DNA of 64,000 nt from Octopus vulgaris. Its lineage: Eukaryota. Positions 59,241 to 64,000 of the stretch are shown piece by piece. Below the pieces are notes generated by a model. The model had not been told where the DNA came from and did not search any database. It worked only from the letters and a program-made list of their open reading frames with translations. The stretch's first letter is position 1. Each line of letters begins with the position of its first letter. Location of the stretch: contig OX597824.1 in assembly GCA_951406725.2 (NCBI GenBank), positions 92,504,001 through 92,568,000 of the forward strand, given 5' to 3'. Made by a program: the position numbers and the translations under genes.

Positions 59241-60081
59241 GTGTATTATTACGTTTCGAAAATCAGCTCTTTTTATCGACTAGATCACTTGACCAAATCT
59301 CAGACTATGAGAATTGCAGACGCACCAATGTCGAAAAGCTTGATATGGAATTAAGACATAAATGAGAAGCGGCATTGAATATGCGTGTCACACAGTCTTC
59401 GGTTCATATACTGGACTGAGTAGCGGGAGGATGCGAACGAGGGGTAAGCAGGAGAAATATGTATCAAGTGATGTAAAACTACATTAACATAGATGTCACT
59501 TGCGACAAGGTTGATGATAGGAAAAGCAGCTAACGAAATATGCGGACCATATTCCGGGCAGCCCCAAAATACAAGGGACAGTATGGATAGAAATATTAGT
59601 AAAATGGAGAGAGAGAGAAACAAAGAAAGATATGCAGCAGGAAAGAGAGAGAGAGAGACAGACAGACAGACAAAGACAGATAAATTGAAAATATATATCA
59701 GAAGGTACGTTGGCTTTGGGTAACTAGACTGGCAGTAAAGATTCCGTATACGGACATATGCTAATGAGTAAAGCAGTATGAGGCTTCGACAGGGATAGTT
59801 TTTGTTCAGTTACACATATTTCCTTATTTAATCCCTTTTCTTCCTATGGAGCAAATAACATAGACGCCTATCTCTTCTGTTCCCGACGCCGGGCTTTAAT
59901 TTCTGCTTCTCTCCAACTGGGTCTTTGCTGATTAAATGGTTCCTAGCTGATACGAGAATCTCTTCGAAGTCTTGTTGGCTTTGAATTGTAATCGATGCTT
60001 CCGTAAATTGGCTTTCTTCAAGATAGAAGAGATTCTCAACCCCAAACTAATCTTTACCAATGGCAAAAGGTCGTCTATATC

Positions 60082-60139
60082 TGTTTCTTTATTACCCACA
60101 AGGGGCTAAACATAGAGGGGACAAACAAGGATAGACAAC
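60082..60139 (-). mobile_element. 58-bp 5'-truncated SINE family C tail with 13-bp TSD
   Basis: TSD GGTCGTCTATATC at 60069-60081 and 60140-60152. Insert matches 22550-22620. Confidence 0.9.
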
Positions 60140-60995
60140 GGTCGTCTATATCAAAATGGTCTCTGTTTTGTCATTGTCCGGCTTAGGTTTCCCAGCAAAC
60201 AGCTTCCGATCTCCTGCCAAGGCTCTCAGGATCATTGAGATACACATGCGACTTCAGAGTAACTAGATATTGTGGTGGTATAAAAAAGTGGACTTCTTTG
60301 AAAATTTCCTATACAATTTCACTATGAAAATCCCTGAAGCAAAACTACAAAAAATGTTTCGGAAATTTTGAGAATAAAAAATGTGATAATTATTTGTAAT
60401 GGCAATTATGCTAATTAAAAAAATTAAATGATGTATATTGTTTTTAATAAGAGGTCATATATCATGAATTAGTGCAAAGTTGAAATAATATTTTGCAGCA
60501 TCAATTATTCAAACAGTAAGTAATATTTTATCGTTATACGCTTGGCTGTGTCGTCTAAGTATTTGAAACGGTTATTATTTGTTTGTCTATATATTTGAAA
60601 CGGTTTTTATATTTTATAGATAGGATTTTGTCAAATTATGTCGTAAAATCAAGTGGTTCTATATTCGTTACTTGTTTTCCCATTTTCAAATTTCAAGTGT
60701 GTGTGAGGCAATTAAAGTTACAAATAACTTATGACGAGTTATTGCTTAGGCTCAAGGATTTGTGAATCGTGTAGCGCAGATACACACACACACACACACA
60801 CACATAGAACTGGCATAATAATGAACGTTTATTCAATGCAGTTTTTGTGGAATATAGTAATTTACATTTGAGAGGGAATAGTAGCGAGCAACATGGATGC
60901 TTCAGCATGTTCGCCAGCCTATATGTAATTCTTGTATGCGCAAATACATGCAAATATATACACACAGATAAATTATATATATATATATATACTTC

Positions 60996-61047
<52 letters not shown>

Positions 61048-61051
<4 letters not shown>

Positions 61052-61249
61052 GACCACGTGTGTACCGTTGGCGATTTGTTTTCCTCTGTCTTCCCTTCTC
61101 TGGATCTTTCCTTCTCCTATGTTTCCGACGAAGAGCTCCGCTCAAAACGTTAAACCCTCCTTTTTTCCTGAGCACCCAATAATACTATATTTGTTCTACA
61201 TCCTCGCGTTTTTGTGGGTTTTTTTTGTGCTTTCATATTTGGATTAACT
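61048..61249 (+). mobile_element. Family H1 element, copy 3 (HHR core mutated)
   Basis: GTTT-CCGACGA-A-GAGC(TCC)GCTC-AAAA-CGTT-AAAC. (TA)n on both sides. Confidence 0.9.
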
Positions 61250-61727
61250 ATATATATATGAACTTATATATATATATTCAGAGAGAGAGAGAGAAAAAGA
61301 TAGAGAGAGAGAGAGAGACAAACAAACAAACCATAGCATTACATATCGTATTTCTATCTTTTATTTCCTTCTGTCATCAGATTGCCGCCGTGTGAGTACG
61401 ACACGGAAGTGACTCTGATCTGAGAGGAAGACATAAGTGTATAATAAATCCGAAAATACAAGTTACTGGTTTGCGCCCGTTTGTCAATCAGGCTGATCGA
61501 ATACGTAGGCAGTAGTCAGCAGGAAGAATGGAAAATTAACAAACTGTGAGTTTCTTGAAATATGTTTCAGACATGTTTTAATTTCTGAAGTAAATGCTAC
61601 AGCAATTTAGAGTGGAGAAAAATGTAATTCTCAGTTATGGTAAGAGGAGTAAACATAAAGCGACCTCTGTGGGTATCTCTCTCTTTTTCTCTCTCTCTCT
61701 CTCTCTCTCCCTCTCTCTCTCTATCTG

Positions 61728-61778
<51 letters not shown>

Positions 61779-61978
61779 GGTTTGGAGATGATGTACAAGT
61801 ATTTTATAATAGAAGAAATGAGCTACTCAGAAATTCGGATGGTTTCATATTTACAGATATTTACTTGTATATTACATGTTTTTATACATCATGTAACTTA
61901 TATCATATATCATATATTAGCGCTTTCGTCCGTTCTGGTGGAGTTTTCATATATATAAATATATATATATTATATATA

Positions 61979-62009
<31 letters not shown>

Positions 62010-62035
62010 AATAATATATATATATATACATACAA

Positions 62036-62088
<53 letters not shown>

Positions 62089-62109
62089 TATGTGCGTGTG
62101 TGTGTGTAG

Positions 62110-62268
62110 AGTGTGGCTGTGTGGTAAGAAGCTTGCTCCCAACTGCATGTTTTCGTGTTCAATCCCACTGTGTGGCAACGTGGGTGTGTGTCATGTAATA
62201 CAATCTCGGACCGACCAAAGCCTTCTCAGTGGATTTCATTGACGGAAACAGGAAGAAGCCCGTCGTAT
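62110..62268 (+). mobile_element. SINE family B, 5' half
   Basis: GTGGCTGTGTGGTAAGAAGCTTGC...GAAGCCCGTCGTATATA. Confidence 0.8.
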
Positions 62269-62318
62269 ATATATATATGCATTTCTATATGTCTGTGTGA
62301 GAAAGAGACAAGTAGAGA

Positions 62319-62394
<76 letters not shown>

Positions 62395-62922
62395 GTTTGT
62401 GTGTGTGTATGTGTTTATATATACTTACAGAGATAGAAATAGATAGAAATATATATGTGTTTATATATACAGCCCACGAGTCTTGGATTTGTATGTCTAA
62501 CTGCTCACTTATTAATATATTAATTAATTAATTTAATATTCCCTATTTCCCTATTTGTCAAATAATTCGGTAGCAATTATCTCGGAATGCTATGAAGTAT
62601 TATTCATTTCCGCTCTGATAATAATTAATAATATACAGTGAACAAATATATTTTCGGATGAAGCTGGTGATAACCGTCGGCTGCACTGCGCATAGCGTTG
62701 TGAATTGTGAGGTCAAATCAAGGAATGATCTGACAATACTACGCGATTCTCTGAAGTTATAAATCATTCCTTTTCATACAAAATGGATACACTTGCAAAG
62801 GGAATGTGTAAGGAATTTCCCTCCGATGCATCCATCATTTCCGAATTGTCTCTATTTCGCTCTATTGTAATTTTAATTATATCATGTACAGGCAAGTGGT
62901 GTAACCGCAACAGTAAAGAAAT

Positions 62923-63460
<538 letters not shown>

Positions 63461-64000
63461 GGCTAGATAATATATATACACACACACAAACACATACACA
63501 TACACATACACATACACATACATATATATGTAGAGAAAAATACGTATAAAGAGAAACAGAGTTGTGTTCAGGAATATATACGTTTACATGTGTGTATACA
63601 TGCATTTATCTACCAATCTGTCTATCTATATATCTCTTGCTATATATACCTACACATATAATAAATGCCCGCATGCATATACACTCGCACCCCAAACACC
63701 CCCTCCCTGCCACACACATATATATATATAACCACTTTGTAGCTTAGGAAGATCTTATTAGTATGGTCCCATAGTTACAAAAACTCACATTCTCTGGCTA
63801 CACCACAATATCGATCATCACTGATTCACGTCCATTTCCTTCTTTATTACATGTATTAGCTCTATCAGCCCTGATTATCACTCGCTTACCTCTTCGTCTT
63901 CTCATAAGTCATGTTTGCGTTAAAATTTTTTCTGTGCTAAAAGTCATTATCCTGTATTTCTCCTCTTGTTATTTGAGCATTGACATTGTCTCTCACAGTC

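Overview
This is a eukaryotic, AT-rich, microsatellite-saturated intronic or intergenic window. The repeat content (tRNA-derived SINEs with internal (TA)n, vast (TA)n/(CAT)n/(AAT)n/(GATA)n tracts) looks like octopus/cephalopod DNA; this is inferred from pattern recognition, not a database result. No intact host gene is evident, and almost all listed ORFs are microsatellite artefacts. Real coding remnants are transposon-derived: a young CR1-type RT 3' end, older CR1/L2 fragments, a Dong/R4 3' end, a probable Hero-like fragment and a dead mariner transposase. Two weak exon candidates lie on the minus strand. The main hidden signal is RNA-structural. Several distinct small non-coding repeat families (at least four, plus one related variant) carry hammerhead-ribozyme (HHR) motifs: (i) a 481-bp unit in a 1.6x tandem with a complete type I HHR (261-1031, minus); (ii) a tRNA-headed SINE with an internal (AAT)n and a minimal HHR (two copies); (iii) a ~200-bp fixed-length element with a minimal dimer-type HHR (three copies) plus a relative with a CUGUAGA core; (iv) a 560-bp unit with a Penelope-like inverted+direct arrangement and a decayed HHR. 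Nearly all sit in (TA)n or (AAT)n tracts. They look like a diverse set of non-autonomous ribozyme retroelements (retrozyme / Penelope-dependent). All alignments and folds were done by eye, and boundaries of old repeats are approximate.
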